The notes beneath the pieces were generated by a model. It was not told the origin of the DNA. It did no database searches and saw only the letters and a program-made list of their open reading frames with translations. 64,000 bases of DNA from Rhynchobatus australiae (taxonomy: Eukaryota). Shown one piece after another: positions 1 to 13,579 of the stretch (position 1 is the first letter of the stretch; every line of letters starts with the position of its first letter). The stretch lies in NCBI GenBank assembly GCA_034780895.1, contig JAUZTB010000107.1:86425995-86489994 (forward strand), written 5' to 3'. Both the position numbers and the translations under genes were made by a program.

Positions 1-125
1 ACAACATCTTTTCAAATTTATCACCAGTGTTCAAGAGATCAAACTCTGAAATATTAGCAACTTTTGCAATTCAAATATTTGATGTTAATATTGATTGATC
101 ATACTCTGAAAAAGTTTAAACTTAC

Positions 126-242
126 TGGCCCTCTTCCAATCTGTTGTCGTCCTATTTGTGCGAAGGACGGAGTGAAGTCTGGTCCACAGTTCATACTAGT
201 CAGTCTACTTGGATCAAGAGGACGAAGTGGAGTCTTGTTTGC
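126..242 (-). CDS. EIF4G1: eIF4G1 coding exon 12: [39 protein letters not shown]
   Basis: 117 nt, phase 0/0. Acceptor tatacag| at 243-244, donor CCA|GTAAGT. Confidence 0.95.
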
Positions 243-2629
243 CTGTATAATAAAATACCAAATACTCATCAATTGTTAATAAAGTAGACCATAATTTAAA
301 TCACCTATACAAAGCCAAGATCAGTTACCTGCAGATAACCCAGTACTTTACATCACAGATGTTGCTACTTAAAACATCACTGCAAGAAATCAAAATCAAA
401 AAATTCAAACATTCTGGCTTTACCAAGGACAAGGGAAGTTTACACATACAACCCAGAGATGCCCAAACTTGTTTGGAGGACTATTTTCATGTCAAGGCAG
501 CTGGCTTGCTACCAGCATTTCTATACACATTGATCATGCATGGTATGTGTTCATGTTCTTGCCACAAAATGGCATACAACAATGGTTTGACTTCACATGA
601 ACAAAATTCTAACATACATGAGGGCTGCTGCTGGGGAATCTGGCAACCATCTTCCTCCTCTAACTTTCAACCTTCACTGATCATCTGCCCCTTTTGTTCC
701 TGGAAAACTATACCCCCCAACCCGTCCCACAGCCCTGATCATATGCCCTGCTTCACACCTCTCTCAATCCTACCTATCCAACTATCTGCCCTGCGTCTCT
801 AGTGCCCAAACATAAGCTGGATGCCTCTGTATTAGCCACCTTTTAGCTTTCTTAAAACAGGGAATAAATCAATAATTGGAGAATGGAGCAGTTACACTTT
901 AAAGTGTTATCATGCTTTTTTTATTTTATAAATAAAGCACGATAAACTTGATACTCTTTCAAATTAACCTAGAGACATAGGTAAAAGACCCTCAGCTTAT
1001 TTGGATGTGGAGGTTGAAAGAAAAATGGAGGAATGAACCATTACTCACCACAGGCAGAGTATTCCTCATTCTTTGAGAGAAGCTCAACCTCCACATACAA
1101 AGATCCTTTCCTGTCTACTGCTCATTCTCCTTCTGACCTGGAGTGGTTTAGAACCATATTATTGTGCTGTTTTAACTTTGCTTGTCAATACCTTTCTTGC
1201 TACAATATTATTGCATCTCAATTCATTAACCTTCAAAAAAAATGTAACCCAAGAAAAAAATGTAATTTACAGTATATCTAAGTAAGATCAAAAGATTTCT
1301 TCCACACAAAAAACAAATATGAGAATGTGTTCCTGTATTGAATACCTAGCACATCAATTAGAATGTCCTAGCGGATTACCTTTTTAATATTGAAAATGGA
1401 CAATTAAACAGTGGGACAAATTAGGGTCAAAAAAGTGAAATTATCTTGGAAAGCACATAGCACCACTAAGGTACTGGTCAATTATTAGGCACTTTCAAGA
1501 AAACTGCAAAATTGAAGAAAGGAATGGGATAATGAGATATTGGATTGAAAAACAGTTGATAGCTGGTATCAGCATTACAATCTGTAGCCTGAGCCAAACA
1601 CACATGTACCATAGCAACTAAACAATGTAGACCACATCTGACTCCAGTTACTCTGAATGGAATGGAAATTTGAAAGCAGGGCACAACACGGACCCAATTT
1701 CCATACTACAGGCTCCAGTTTGAAACAGGCTGTTAATGGAAGAAGGGATAGGGACCTCAAAAACTGACCTTCAATCCTCCAAGGAACCTCAAATGATGCC
1801 ATGACAGATTAAATGCAAATGCTGCATTTCTATTCATAAAGGCAGAGGCGGTAAACCTGGTAATTGCAGGCCATTATTATTGGTGGAGAGTCCTTAAGAA
1901 CAGAATTAATCTTTACTTGAAAAAGCATGGTCAATCAGGGCCAGCTTATTAAAAGATCTAGTTTTTTTAAGGCAGGATGGTATATATACAAGATTTTCAA
2001 TAACTTTCGATTGGCAATTTCCTGAAAGGAAAACAGTATGCAGCGGTATTCAGACAGGATCATTAGTTGGGCAAAAAAAAGAGGAACTGGCAGAACAGTA
2101 CCTCAATATTCTATAACTTTGGAAACAGGGAACACGAATTTGAAATTACTATTTCATACCACGCTAAAGTTCACAGGGAGGACAACAGCAGATGATGAGG
2201 ACAGACAATAGTGAAATGGAAAGCATTTGGGCAAAACCAATACAGAAAGCTAGTATAACTTAGATGGTTTAGTTAAATTAAACAAATGTATCAGAGATGA
2301 AACAAGACCAGAAGGAACTCAGGATGCATATTCACAAACTCTTAAAATGGCAGAGCAAGAAAGAAATATTATGGTGCACAACAGTCCATCAGGATCCTTT
2401 GAAAATGGAGCCATGACATGCTAAGAGTAGCTTCTTAGGAAAATAGTAGGGATTATTTATGTTGAGAAATCCAAATCATTTACTAAAAAGGTGAGCAGGT
2501 ATTGAAAATGGAGGATGAGAGGAATTTGGCAGGTGGACTAATAATTAGCTTTAAAATAATGGAAGTGAAGAGATCAGTTCATACGGTGGCCATGATGATC
2601 TACTTAAATGAATTGTAGCTTCAGAGTCA

Positions 2630-2735
2630 AAAATACGTGCTAAAAATGCTCAGCAGGTCAGGCAGCATCTGTGGAGAGAGAAAGTTAATGTTTCAGGCAA
2701 TGACTTTTTTCTCTAATATTTTCTAGTTCTGACAA
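2630..2735. mobile_element. Penelope-like terminal-repeat fragment
   Basis: atgctcagcaggtcaggcagcatctgtggagagaga...aatgtttcagg, shared with the copies at 50.1 and 59.4 kb. Confidence 0.65.
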
Positions 2736-4775
2736 GAGTTATTATTGTGAAGAAAAAGGCAGACAAAAGTCGTCTGTTAAAAGGGGAAGGGACTGAAAGA
2801 CAAAATGATGGTGCACTTTGAAGAGGTGGTTAAAAACTAGTGAAGAAGAAATGGAATATCTGACAGAGGTCTAATGGGTATGAGGAATGAAATATGAAAT
2901 TATCACAATGGAAAAATGATGAATAATGAAAGCTAAATACAAGGCTGTAAAGGCTGATGATCTTAAGTCATTCAAATCAAGATCAAGTGCAGAAGGCTGT
3001 GATGTGCCTGGTCATAGTCACACAGCCAGGAAACAAGTTCTTTGGCCCACTGAATCTACACAAATCATCACCCATTTATTACTCTGACTCCATCGGAAGA
3101 GGCAATGCTATTCATTGGCTTACAATGGAAAAGTGTACAGATTCCATGGGACTTTGGTGTACCATAAGTTCCATTTGAATAAAAGTAATTTACGGATTAT
3201 TAGGAAAAACTGTAAAGTGGGTGCAAGGAGAACAGCTCAAAGAGCAGGCTGTATAGCAAGATCCAATAATTAAACAATCAGAAGCTCACCACTACCCAAC
3301 TATTCATTGTACCACTCTTAACTCTATGGTTTCTAGAAACATACTGAACTCTAAGCTTGATGACATCTATTAAGTCACCTTCTGTATTCTCTCTGCAGAA
3401 GAGGGAAAAAAAGTCTTAGCCTGAACTTTTTTTAGTCTTAGTTCTGGTATTACAGTCTGATTTGAGTCACCCAAAAGAAAGAAATACAAATTCAGCCTCA
3501 CTCAAAGCATGCCTTCAATGTTTCTTTAGTTAATCAACTTCTGAATTCCTTTCCCATAGAACTGAAATACTGGAAATTGATATGCAGAAATCAAAAATGA
3601 GAAGGCAGAGAAACCTGGATTCAAAGGAACTCCAATGATAAAAATCCAGAATAAATGACAGGGCACAGCAACTTCTAAAGATCTTTCTGCCAAAACACTC
3701 ATTATTTCGAGAAAGCAGAATCCAATTGTTTCAGCTGATTGGAGTGGCCAACCCATCAACAACTAGAAGATTTATTGTTCATCTATGTTCAGAGATGTGG
3801 AATTAAAATCAACCTAATAGCTAATGGGAAACTCTCACAATGTATGTAAAGTTTAAGGGCAACTATTCCACAGATTTAGTTAGATCATATGGCAGTAACA
3901 TAATGATTAAAGTAACACGAACACTTATTTAGCTTCCACCGCATCAAAAGCTCCTTTTAAAACAACAGGACTCTGGAAAACAAGATTTTACTAAGCAAGA
4001 GCAGTGGCTGGCTCTAGATTGATTTTGAGAACCAGGCCAAAGAGGATTGCAACTCCAGATCACTGCATCTGTCCTAATATAGAAGTTGTAGTGCTCCTTT
4101 CAGAGCTACTCATTGGTGCAATCCTTGCTCATTTTTCCACTTCTCTGGTTTGAGAGGATGTATCTTAAGGAAACCATAGCTATCTTTACAAGTCTGGAGA
4201 TAATTCAGAGATTTTTTGACTGAATGAGGAAATCATCGATGTTTCTATAAATGTTATCAGGTGACTATATTGGCATCTGTGATGCAGCTTTAAAATATGT
4301 TCCACTTTAGTTCAGAATACCATTAACATGGGGAAATTCTGCCTCTGATTACATCCCAGAAAACAGAAAACTCCTCAAACTGCCACATATACAAAAAGTC
4401 CTTGAAGATGGAGCAGAAAACAACCATGACATGAAGGTAGCAGCTTTAAAAGGGAATTAAATGGAAATGGTTACACACCTAACCAGAAAAAGAACCACAA
4501 CTTGTTTATTCATCACCCACCACATGGAAATGGGAACTAAAATTTCAAAATCAAATTTTGTGGTGCACTCCATTCATCCATTCACCCAAATGTTTTAATC
4601 TCAAGGTGCTACAAGGCCAAAGCAAATTGCATGGGGATATCTGCGCCCATTAGTTAGCATTGACAACATAAATTTACATCAAAGTCAACAGACTATTTAC
4701 ATAAACATTACATTCAGTTTGTTATTTCAAAATGCTTAACAGTGAAGCAACTAACTGATCGAGTTTACTGCGTAC

Positions 4776-4909
4776 CTTATCCAACACAACATCGCTAATT
4801 GCTGGTAGACCTTCAGGTTTCTGCATACTAGCAAAGATGAACTGGAATCCCAAGAGAAATTCACGGTCATATTTCTTCTTATCCTCAGGATTAAGTGGCT
4901 TCCAATTTT
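4776..4909 (-). CDS. EIF4G1: eIF4G1 coding exon 11 with the canonical eIF4E-binding motif YDREFLL (4851-4871): (E)[44 protein letters not shown]
   Basis: 134 nt, phase 1/0. Acceptor ccattag|, donor AAG|GTACGC. Contains the YxxxxL-hydrophobic motif. Confidence 0.97.
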
Positions 4910-5489
4910 CTAATGGGGTGGAATTAGAATAGTTAAAATTGAAAATAGTAATATTTCAGCTTTATATAACATTGCAACCATCTTCCACTCCTCCATCCCT
5001 GTTCCCAAAAGTCATACGGCAGCCTGCTCTCTGGTTCTTTTCAAAAGGAGCCTGCCTAGTCCACAGCCCTCAGTTCTACCTCCATGAGACAAAGTAGTAA
5101 AAGCACAAAAAAAATCTAAGTTTTGCCGGATTGAAGAACCCAGGAAGCCTAGAAAAGCCTCTGTTGCAAAGGCCAAATCTTCAGTGGGGTTAATATTTTA
5201 ACATATTAAAAAAATTGTACTTTAATTCTCAGGACTTTAGAGACAATATAAATCCATTACGGAGAGCACCAAAGGAAATTTGGTACAAAATTAGACAAGT
5301 GATGTACATATTAACTATATAAATTCATTTATCTGGAAATTACACCAGAGGAGTAAAGCTCATTAACAGAACTGAAATCCCAGCAGTAGGACCACTGACC
5401 AACCACCAGAACATAATAATTCCCAATATACCTCAATTTGGTATCAAAATCAAAGTATTGAAGACAAAATTTATGGAAAATCAAAAAAC

Positions 5490-6500
5490 TGAATTATAGA
5501 AATCTGAAACAATATCAGAAAGTCTTGGAAACACTTAACAGGTCAGGAAAGAGAAACGGGGATTGACATTTTAGGTCAAAAACCGTTCAAAACTAGAAAA
5601 GAGCAAAACAATTTAGTTTTAACTAAAGAGGGTAGGGAGGAATAGCTAATTCAAAGGGAATATCTGATAAGTGAAAAGTAGGGTTGCTTAGAGACACCGT
5701 TAATGAATCCAAATGTTTGATTGTAAAGCCTTTAACTTACAAGTCAGAGCTGTAGAGAAAGCACAGCAGATCAAGCAGCATCCGTGACAAAAAAATAAAT
5801 TACTTGTCCTCCCTAGTATCAAATATCAAGCCAGATCAGCAACATAGGGATCCAGCAACATTTAAGTGTTATCTATTCATAACAATGGCAGATGATATTC
5901 TCTACCCAGATCCACTGCTTTTCAATAGGCATAAATAACCCCAAGGCACTACTTCAAAGTCATACAAATTTATCTTGACATTCTTGATGGTATTTGTAAA
6001 TGATCTGGTTGTAATAGGATGTCATTTGTGGGAGCCTGGAACATGCAAATTTGACTGCCATATTTCCCAAAACACAACAGCAACAGTTCAAAAGTTCTCA
6101 CTGGCTGTAAGAGAGCCTGAAAGGGCCAAATCCAGCACTGTTGATGCACATCCCCTCCACTTATATAGAGAATGATCCTTCTATTCCATTTACACCATTT
6201 TTAGAATCAACACTTTTGTCGTGAAACTATCCTTATAATTGCATGATCCTTTCATCAATCTTTTGTCTATCAGACTACCTGTTTTTACACTTTCCTCGCC
6301 CATTTTCTCTGCATCTTAAAACTTTCAAACCTCTTCTAGCTCTGATTAAAGGCCATCGATTTGTAACATTAATTCTGTTGCTCTCCACAGGTGCTGCCTG
6401 ACTTGATGTATTTCACTGTGTTTCGATGTACGTGACTAATAAAGATATCTTATTTCATATTGCTTCTTGAGCCTTTATTTCATATTTCCAGCATCATAGT
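5490..6500. mobile_element. Degraded Penelope-like inverted-repeat pair (arms ~5490-5600 and ~6330-6500) with a nested DeuSINE-like remnant (~5900-6160) and a SINE 3' tail (~6410-6455)
   Basis: aacaggtcagg... faces gctgcctgac.... The inner segment resembles 61740-62010, and gtgactaataaagat matches the tail of the SINE at 53.25 kb. Confidence 0.55.
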
Positions 6501-8040
6501 GTTTTTGTAATAATGACAATTATGGGTGGATCCAGTCATAATGCATGGCACTTAACCCAGGAGTGCAAAATGCAGGACATTTTAACTATTCTAATTCCAC
6601 CCCATTAGAAAATTGGTTTCACTCCTCTCCTGGAAAGCTTCAATTTTGGTGATCAATTGAATGAGATACTAATGCTGGCAGGGAGGATGGGACTAAAATA
6701 AAACCAAGAATAGGGTAAATAATATTGCTCAAGGGTAAATAGATGTTTTATGATTCTCAAAATGGGGGCTTTGGAGATTGGAATCAAATGGGACTAGACT
6801 TGACTGAGCAAATAGTCAAAACAAAAATGGAACCTGAGCACAAGTAGTAAGCTTCTGTTGGAATTAAATGGATAACCTTGCAAAAGATTACAGCTCTATG
6901 ACCATTCTAAAATTCAACAGGATAGCATCCATGCAAGAGAGGTCACGGAGCAAAAGTTCTACAATTGAACAATGAAGTCTTTACTGCCAATTTCCTATTT
7001 CGACTTGGGTTTGGTGTACACTGGTGGTGATATGGTGATGAGGAAAACACAAGATTTATTTCAAATCCACAAAAGTACTTGAGAAGGCTTTAAGGCCTTC
7101 ATGGAAGAAGTTAACGCAAATGTAGATGGTTACATATCTGGTTCCAAGAATCCTTACTAAATATTACACTCAAGTTGACTGGACTTGCTCTGATGGTAAG
7201 GGCAACAAACTGAAATGGTGATGGAAAACAAAAAACTGCAAGAAAAAGAATGAAACCAAAACTGCATAGTAAATTGTTCTGGAAACAAAAAATTTAGCTG
7301 TAAACACATCATTAAAACAATCAAATATTTCTTGCATTAGCAGTATAGAAGAATAGGGCAAATCATTGATTCCAAAACAGCTAACAATCTTATGGCATTA
7401 ATGTCATGGCTACTTTCACAGGGGAATCACTTTTCCTCCATTTTACACACACCTCCCAAACCCAAATGAAAAGAATGGATTCCTTATTTGTACTTGGAAA
7501 TAAATTAAATGAACATGCATTTTGTTTTGGCTCAATGTTCAGTGCAATGNNNNNNNNNNNNNNNNNNNNNNNNNNNNNNNNNNNNNNNNNNNNNNNNNNN
7601 NNNNNNNNNNNNNNNNNNNNNNNNNNNNNNNNNNNNNNNNNNNNNNNNNNNNNNNNNNNNNNNNNNNNNNNNNNNNNNNNNNNNNNNNNNNNNNNNNNNN
7701 NNNNNNNNNNNNNNNNNNNNNNNNNNNNNNNNTGGCAGTTTGCACTTGTGTTCAAAAATACCATAGTACTAATCAAATCATGGAGACATAATAAATTAGA
7801 AAGTAGTAAAAAGGGTGGTTAACTAAATAATACAATTACAATAGCCAAATATTTTGTGCCCTAATTTCTATTTTGTTTTTAATAATGCTCTGTTTCATTA
7901 AGCAGTGTCTGAGGGGAAAAAACCTATTTTGTAATCACTTTTAAGATAAACACTTTCCATTCAGCAAGATAAAGGTACAATTCCATAACCAAGATTCATA
8001 TTTTAGTTTTGATTGTTTTAAACAAAAACTGTGAACTCAC

Positions 8041-8233
8041 CTTCTTTATATTGATATTTTTGATCCAACAACTTAATTCCATCTGGCTTGACATTTTCTA
8101 CATCTTGTTTATCTTCCTTCTCCTCCCAAGTTTCCTCTGGTTCATCACGAGTTGGAGCAATTGCTTCTGTCACTTCAACAGATACAGCTGCAGGCTGGGC
8201 AGCAGATTCAGCTGCAGGCTCTTTCACTTGAGA
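8041..8233 (-). CDS. EIF4G1: eIF4G1 coding exon 10: SQVKEPAAES...PEETWEEKEDK...DQKYQYKE
   Basis: 193 nt, phase 0/1. Acceptor ttttctgcag|, donor AAG|GTGAGT. Lies within the provided ORF 8018..8326. Confidence 0.94.
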
Positions 8234-8362
8234 CTGCAGAAAAATAATTTGAGCATGAAAGTTGTGTTTCAGTAACTGCTGAGATAATTTAAAGAGGCAT
8301 ATCCCAAACACTAGATTGGATTTCATAATGCTAACTATTTTCCTGCCTTANNNNNNNNNNNN

Positions 8363-9280
8363 TCAATTCCTTTAATATCCAGAAAATGTTCAACCTCCAC
8401 AACCCTATGGGGTAAAGAATTCCAAAGATGCATCACACTAAACAAATATCTTTTGTCCTAAAGGGACTATCCTTTTTACTGAGTGCATCCCTGGTTCTAT
8501 ATCCCTTAACCAGGGGAGATATCCTCCCTGCAGCCTGCCCATTAGGCTCTGCCAATCTCTCCTTACACAAGACCTACTATTCCAGGAAAGATGGAGGCAA
8601 ATTTTTGCTCTATAGCAAGTAGACCCTTTTATGTAGGTATAAAAAGAGATCAAATTGTTTTCAACATATCCACAATATCCAGGTGTGGTCTCAGCATGGC
8701 CATATACAACTATAGCAAGACATTGTTGCTCCTGTAGTCAAATCCTATTTCAATAAAAGCCAACATGCAATTTGCTTTTCTAACTGTCTGCTGGATATTA
8801 GCATTCAGTAACATGTACAATAACACCGATACCTTTGAATATCAACTTTTTCCCCTAAGTATCAGCAACTACTTTTCCACCAATTTAGAAAAAAAATTGC
8901 CACGCTTTTGCCCACCCACTCAGCTCATCTACAACCCCACAAAGCCTCTTTGGACTAACTAGCAATTCCACTGTCCACTACTTGCAATCCCACTTAGTTT
9001 TGTGCAATCAGGAAACTTGGAAATTTTTGTCAGTTCAGTCAAATCTGAGACTAGGGCCCAAGCACTGATCCCTGCCAATCTGAGACAGACCCTTTCATTC
9101 CTCTTTACCAGTTCTCTACTACTATAATCTTGTTCATCAAACCACGAGCGCCTTCAATAAATTCAAATACACAAAATCCACTGGTTCCTACTTATCAACT
9201 CAACAAGATTCATCCTTAAACTCCAGATTTCAGTATTTTCTCTACTACTGACATCAGGCTGACAGGTTGGTAGTTTCCCT
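8363..9280 (-). mobile_element. Degraded CR1-type LINE 3' fragment
   Basis: Reverse-complement CR1 hallmarks: tccaggtgtggtctc (RPHLE), ccaacatgcaatttgcttt, ggcccaagcactgatccctg (QGSVLGP). Confidence 0.7.
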
Positions 9281-10394
9281 TTTATTTTGATGTAAAAATC
9301 TGTGTCCCACAAAGGTTCTTCATACAGCAACTCATTCTCACTTAATAATTTTGTTACAAAATCTGCACATGAAAAATACTAAATGATTTAAGAGTTCTAT
9401 TAAATAGCACTACTTTTAACTTCACTCATTGAATCAAAGCCAAAATAACACCATCTGCCTCACAGCAATCTTCATGTGCAGAGTAAACCTCAGATGGATT
9501 AGTATTCCATCAAACTGTAGACTCCGAGGTGAGGTGGAGAATTTACTGCCATCAAATCCGGATGGCCACAGGTTAACTGCCCTTACCCAGGTGGTAGACA
9601 CCACAATTAGTAGGTGTTATCATTCAGATCAGCATTTGATTTAAATCTTGATGTAGAAAGCAATGTCAAACTTCTCAGCATCAGTTACAACGAATAAAAC
9701 AAAAAACTTCAGCATACACATATTTTGAGGAAAGAAAGATATATGTGCTTAATCTTTTAAGCACATTATAGCCACTGCACTCCAGCTACCATGTGGGTTC
9801 AGAATGACATCTTGGCCCAATGGCAAGGAGGTCCAAGATAGCTGAAGACCAGACAATATTGTATGGACTTGTGTGCACACATACTCACTGACCAGAGAAA
9901 TGGACACCAACCACATTCTCTTGCTCACACCCTCTTTCACTTCTGTTCCTCCCCACCCCTCAAGATCCTCCCCTTTCCCCAATTACCCCACCCTGAGACC
10001 CCCTTTCGTAACTGCCTCTTTTCTTCAGTTCCATTCCCTTTCAACTCTCCCTCAAAGCAAGTGTCAGCATTCACATCAGGAAACACAAACAATCTTACCA
10101 GAGGTCAGAAATGCAAAAGGATCTTATAGAATNNNNNNNNNNNNNNNNNNNNNNNNNNNNNNNNNNNNNNNNNNNNNNNNNNNNNNNNNNNNNNGTGATG
10201 TTAATTACTCCATACCTTAGCAGATGTGCTATATAGACACTGACAGTCTGGATCCTGTACCAAATAAATTCAGTGTAGTTTTTAAAAAAAAATGCACAAG
10301 TTAATGCCAAATGACCCTGCCAATGGCCATGTTTTGCAATCTACAGTAATTAGTATTTCTAACTTGTTTTTGCTTTATGTTTAAGCACAAATAC

Positions 10395-10486
10395 CTCTTT
10401 GAAAGCATCAAGTAGATCTCCAACTGCTTCTTTTTTGTTTAATTCCTTCATTTTCCTCTTCTTCTTTGGCACAGATACAGCTGCAG
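10395..10486 (-). CDS. EIF4G1: eIF4G1 coding exon 9: (A)[30 protein letters not shown]
   Basis: 92 nt, phase 1/0. Acceptor cttttcttttag|, donor GAG|GTATTT. Confidence 0.95.
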
Positions 10487-11097
10487 CTAAAAGAAAAGAG
10501 AAATATTTTCAGTGAACTGACAACATGCAGAAACTACGAGTCAAGAAATACCACCATTCTATAAATTAGTACAGGTAAAGTCCATTAAGGATCAGCATGA
10601 CTATCTTAAATGTTACTGTAAACTGAGAATTCCACATTAGAACAATTAAAGGTTGGTTCATGAACTAGTTTAAAAACCCATAAATAACACAATACAAAAA
10701 AAAGTAGGCCACTTGGCCTCTCAATCTTTTGCACCATTCAATGACAATTTTACCCCCCCCCCCCCCAACTCCTCTTCTGTGNNNNNNNNNNNNNNNNNNN
10801 NNNNNNNNNNNNNNNNNNNNNNNNNNNNNNNNNNNNNNNNNNNNNNNNNNNNNNNNNNNNNNNNNNNNNNNNNNNNNNNNNGTGTAAGTTAGGTCAAGAA
10901 TCCTAGGGCACACTGTTGCCACAACCAGCTACAAGCAAGAGTTTTCTTCACTCGAACACTGAGGAGAGATTCAGCAGCAATTCCTGGGTTAGGCAATTAC
11001 TTATTTTTTAAGGTTCTTCTGGTGGGATCAGGTCAGCAGCAGATTTTCATTCTTGGTTCCTTCCCTACCCCACCACTGACTGTTACTTGTACAAATT

Positions 11098-11143
11098 GTA
11101 GACTTCTCTGGATTATGCATGTAGACTTCTCTGGATTATGCAT
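11098..11143 (+). repeat. Perfect 23-bp tandem duplication
   Basis: gtagacttctctggattatgcat, two adjacent copies. Confidence 0.95.
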
Positions 11144-11234
11144 GGTATTCTGTAATCTTCTCTGCCCTTGTAAATAAGAGGCAGAAAAGCACAAGATAGA
11201 TCAGGACAGAGACAGGCTCAATTTGAGTGCACTC

Positions 11235-11358
11235 AAACACACTCGCACACAAACACACACATCAGACACACACACGCACAACTGACACAACAGACTCACT
11301 TACTCATGCATATACATACACAACACACGCTCACACACACAAAACACACACAAATACA
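11235..11358. repeat. Imperfect (CA)n microsatellite
   Basis: Direct observation. Confidence 0.85.
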
Positions 11359-11359
11359 G

Positions 11360-13240
11360 GAAATTAGCAGTAGGATTGGGCCATCTAGCTCCTCTAGCCT
11401 GCCCCACCATTCAATATAATCATGTCTGATCCACCCCAAGTTTCAACTCCTCCACTGTGCCAGTTTCCCACAACCCTCAGTTCACTGAATTTACTTATAT
11501 CCTCTTTAAATACATCCAGTGATCTAGTCTCCACAACTCTCCTGGGTAGAGTATTCCAAAAAACCATGCTCTAAAAGAAGAAATACCTATATTTTAAATG
11601 ACTGCCCACTTATTTTATTCTGTTTCCTCATTTGACTATCCCACTCGTCAACATTTACCTTGTTACACCTCCTTAGAATTTTGTAGGTTTCAGTAAGATC
11701 ACCCCTCATTTTAAACTTCAAGGAAAACTGGTCTAATTTTATTTACTCACTAGAGAACAATGCTGTCATCCTAAGAATTGGCCTACTGGACTGACTCCAA
11801 TATTCATCGATACTTTCTTATGGGAACTAAAGCTGTGCACAGTACTTTAGGCATGGCCTCACCACTATCCCATAAAAGTGTAACAATACTAGTGACCCCC
11901 AGAGGATCGCCGTTCAAGTAACGACAATTTGGCCTTAAAGAATTCTCAAATTTTTGGGTAATGATTTATGATGTGAAATAAAATTTGCTTGTATAGAATG
12001 TGTGAAAGAAAAAAAACTTACAACTCTCATTTCTTGATGCATGTATCAATGACAGAGATTCATGTTATGGAAAAACCATGAGCTGGACTGTTTTCTAGGA
12101 ATGCAACCCACCTAGAACCCAGGGGCTGCCTGTACTTCTATTTTTCAACTCCAACCCTTAACAATGAAGTCCAATGTACCATTTGCCTTCCTAATTACTG
12201 CTGGACTTAAAATGTTAACTGTGTGTTTTATGCAGGACATCTCTTGGATTTCTCTGTGCTCCAATTCACTTATCTGTCTCTATTCAGAAAATACCCTGCC
12301 TTTTGATTCCTCCCACCAAACTGCACAAATTTACAATTTCCTACATTAAATTTCATTTGCCAAGTTTTTGCCCACTTATTCAACCCATCAATATCCTGAT
12401 GTAGAATCCAAATATCCTTTTTGTACCATGCCCTCCCACCTATTTGCATCATTAGCAAACTTGGAGGAGGGGACAGAGTGCAAAGTATCCAAGCCGTTAA
12501 GCATTTCTGAATGACTTTTCTTCCTTGATTATAGACTCTAGCATCTTCCTAACAGAAGTCAACTGCACTATGGTTTTTTTGCTTTGTGCCTCTCCCTTCA
12601 TGAACAAGGAAGTCACATTTGAGGTTTCCCAATCCTCTGACCTTTGAAAAACTTCAACCAATGGGTATACCATCTCTGCACCCACTTTTTTAAAAAACTC
12701 GAGTGCACACCATTTGTCTTGGTGACTTTCTGCCTTTAGGCCCATTAGTTTCCCCCCTCCCCCCAATACTTTGGCCCTTCTGATTGGGACTACTACAAGT
12801 TCTTCCCTAATATTTGAAACTCACTGATCTGCTATCTTTGAAATGTTTGCAGCTTTCTACTGTGAAGACTGATGTCAAGTATTAGTTTAAATTAATTCTT
12901 TACTTCCTAGTATTAATTTCCCAGTCTCAATCGACAGGTATCCTATATTTACCTTGCTTAGCATCTTCCTTTTTATATACCCATGAAGATCTTGCTGCTT
13001 GTTTTGACATCATATGCCAGTTTAACTTGAATTTTTTGCTACTTTATTAGCTATTTAGGTCTTCTACTGCTGTTTCCTGAAAAATTCATTGTCCTCTAAT
13101 CTACCATTAGATGTTGCTACTTTGCATACTTTAGCTTTAGATTTAATGTCTTCCTTGATCTCATCAACCCTGGATGGTTTCTCTTTCTGATTGTGATATT
13201 TACTGAGCTTTATGAAATAGTACCTTAAATATCTGCCACA
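11360..13240 (-). mobile_element. Degraded CR1-type LINE (RT region to 3' end)
   Basis: ORF remnants QDIDGLNKWAKTWQMKFNVGNCK and EDWETSNVTSLFMKG; CR1 3' end near 11360-11450. Confidence 0.85.
11887..12134. mobile_element. Tc1/Tigger-like MITE inserted at a TA in the CR1 remnant
   Basis: Right end ggggctgcctgTA (reverse complement TAcaggcagcccc), decayed left end TActagtgacccc. It interrupts contiguous CR1 sequence. Confidence 0.55.
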
Positions 13241-13579
13241 ATGGAGTGCAATTCAAACATGGCATTTAATAGTAAACTGGATAAGTAAACAAAAAGAAAC
13301 ATGCATAGGTAAGGGGAGAGGAAGTGGCTGAATTGTTCTAGTCAAGGACTCAATAGGTCAAATGGCCTCCTTCTGTGCTGTGAAACTTCTAAGATCCTGT
13401 GAACTCATTACCGTCAAAGTAGTTCACTTCAAGAGCACCTAGGCTCAGTATCTACTATATACTGAGAAGTTTTGGTGCACTGCATCAACATACCACCAAT
13501 AACATCATTACTTTTCTAGCATATCCCTACCATATTACTGTGAAAGACGAGACTAGCAATATTTGAATAATACCAATCA

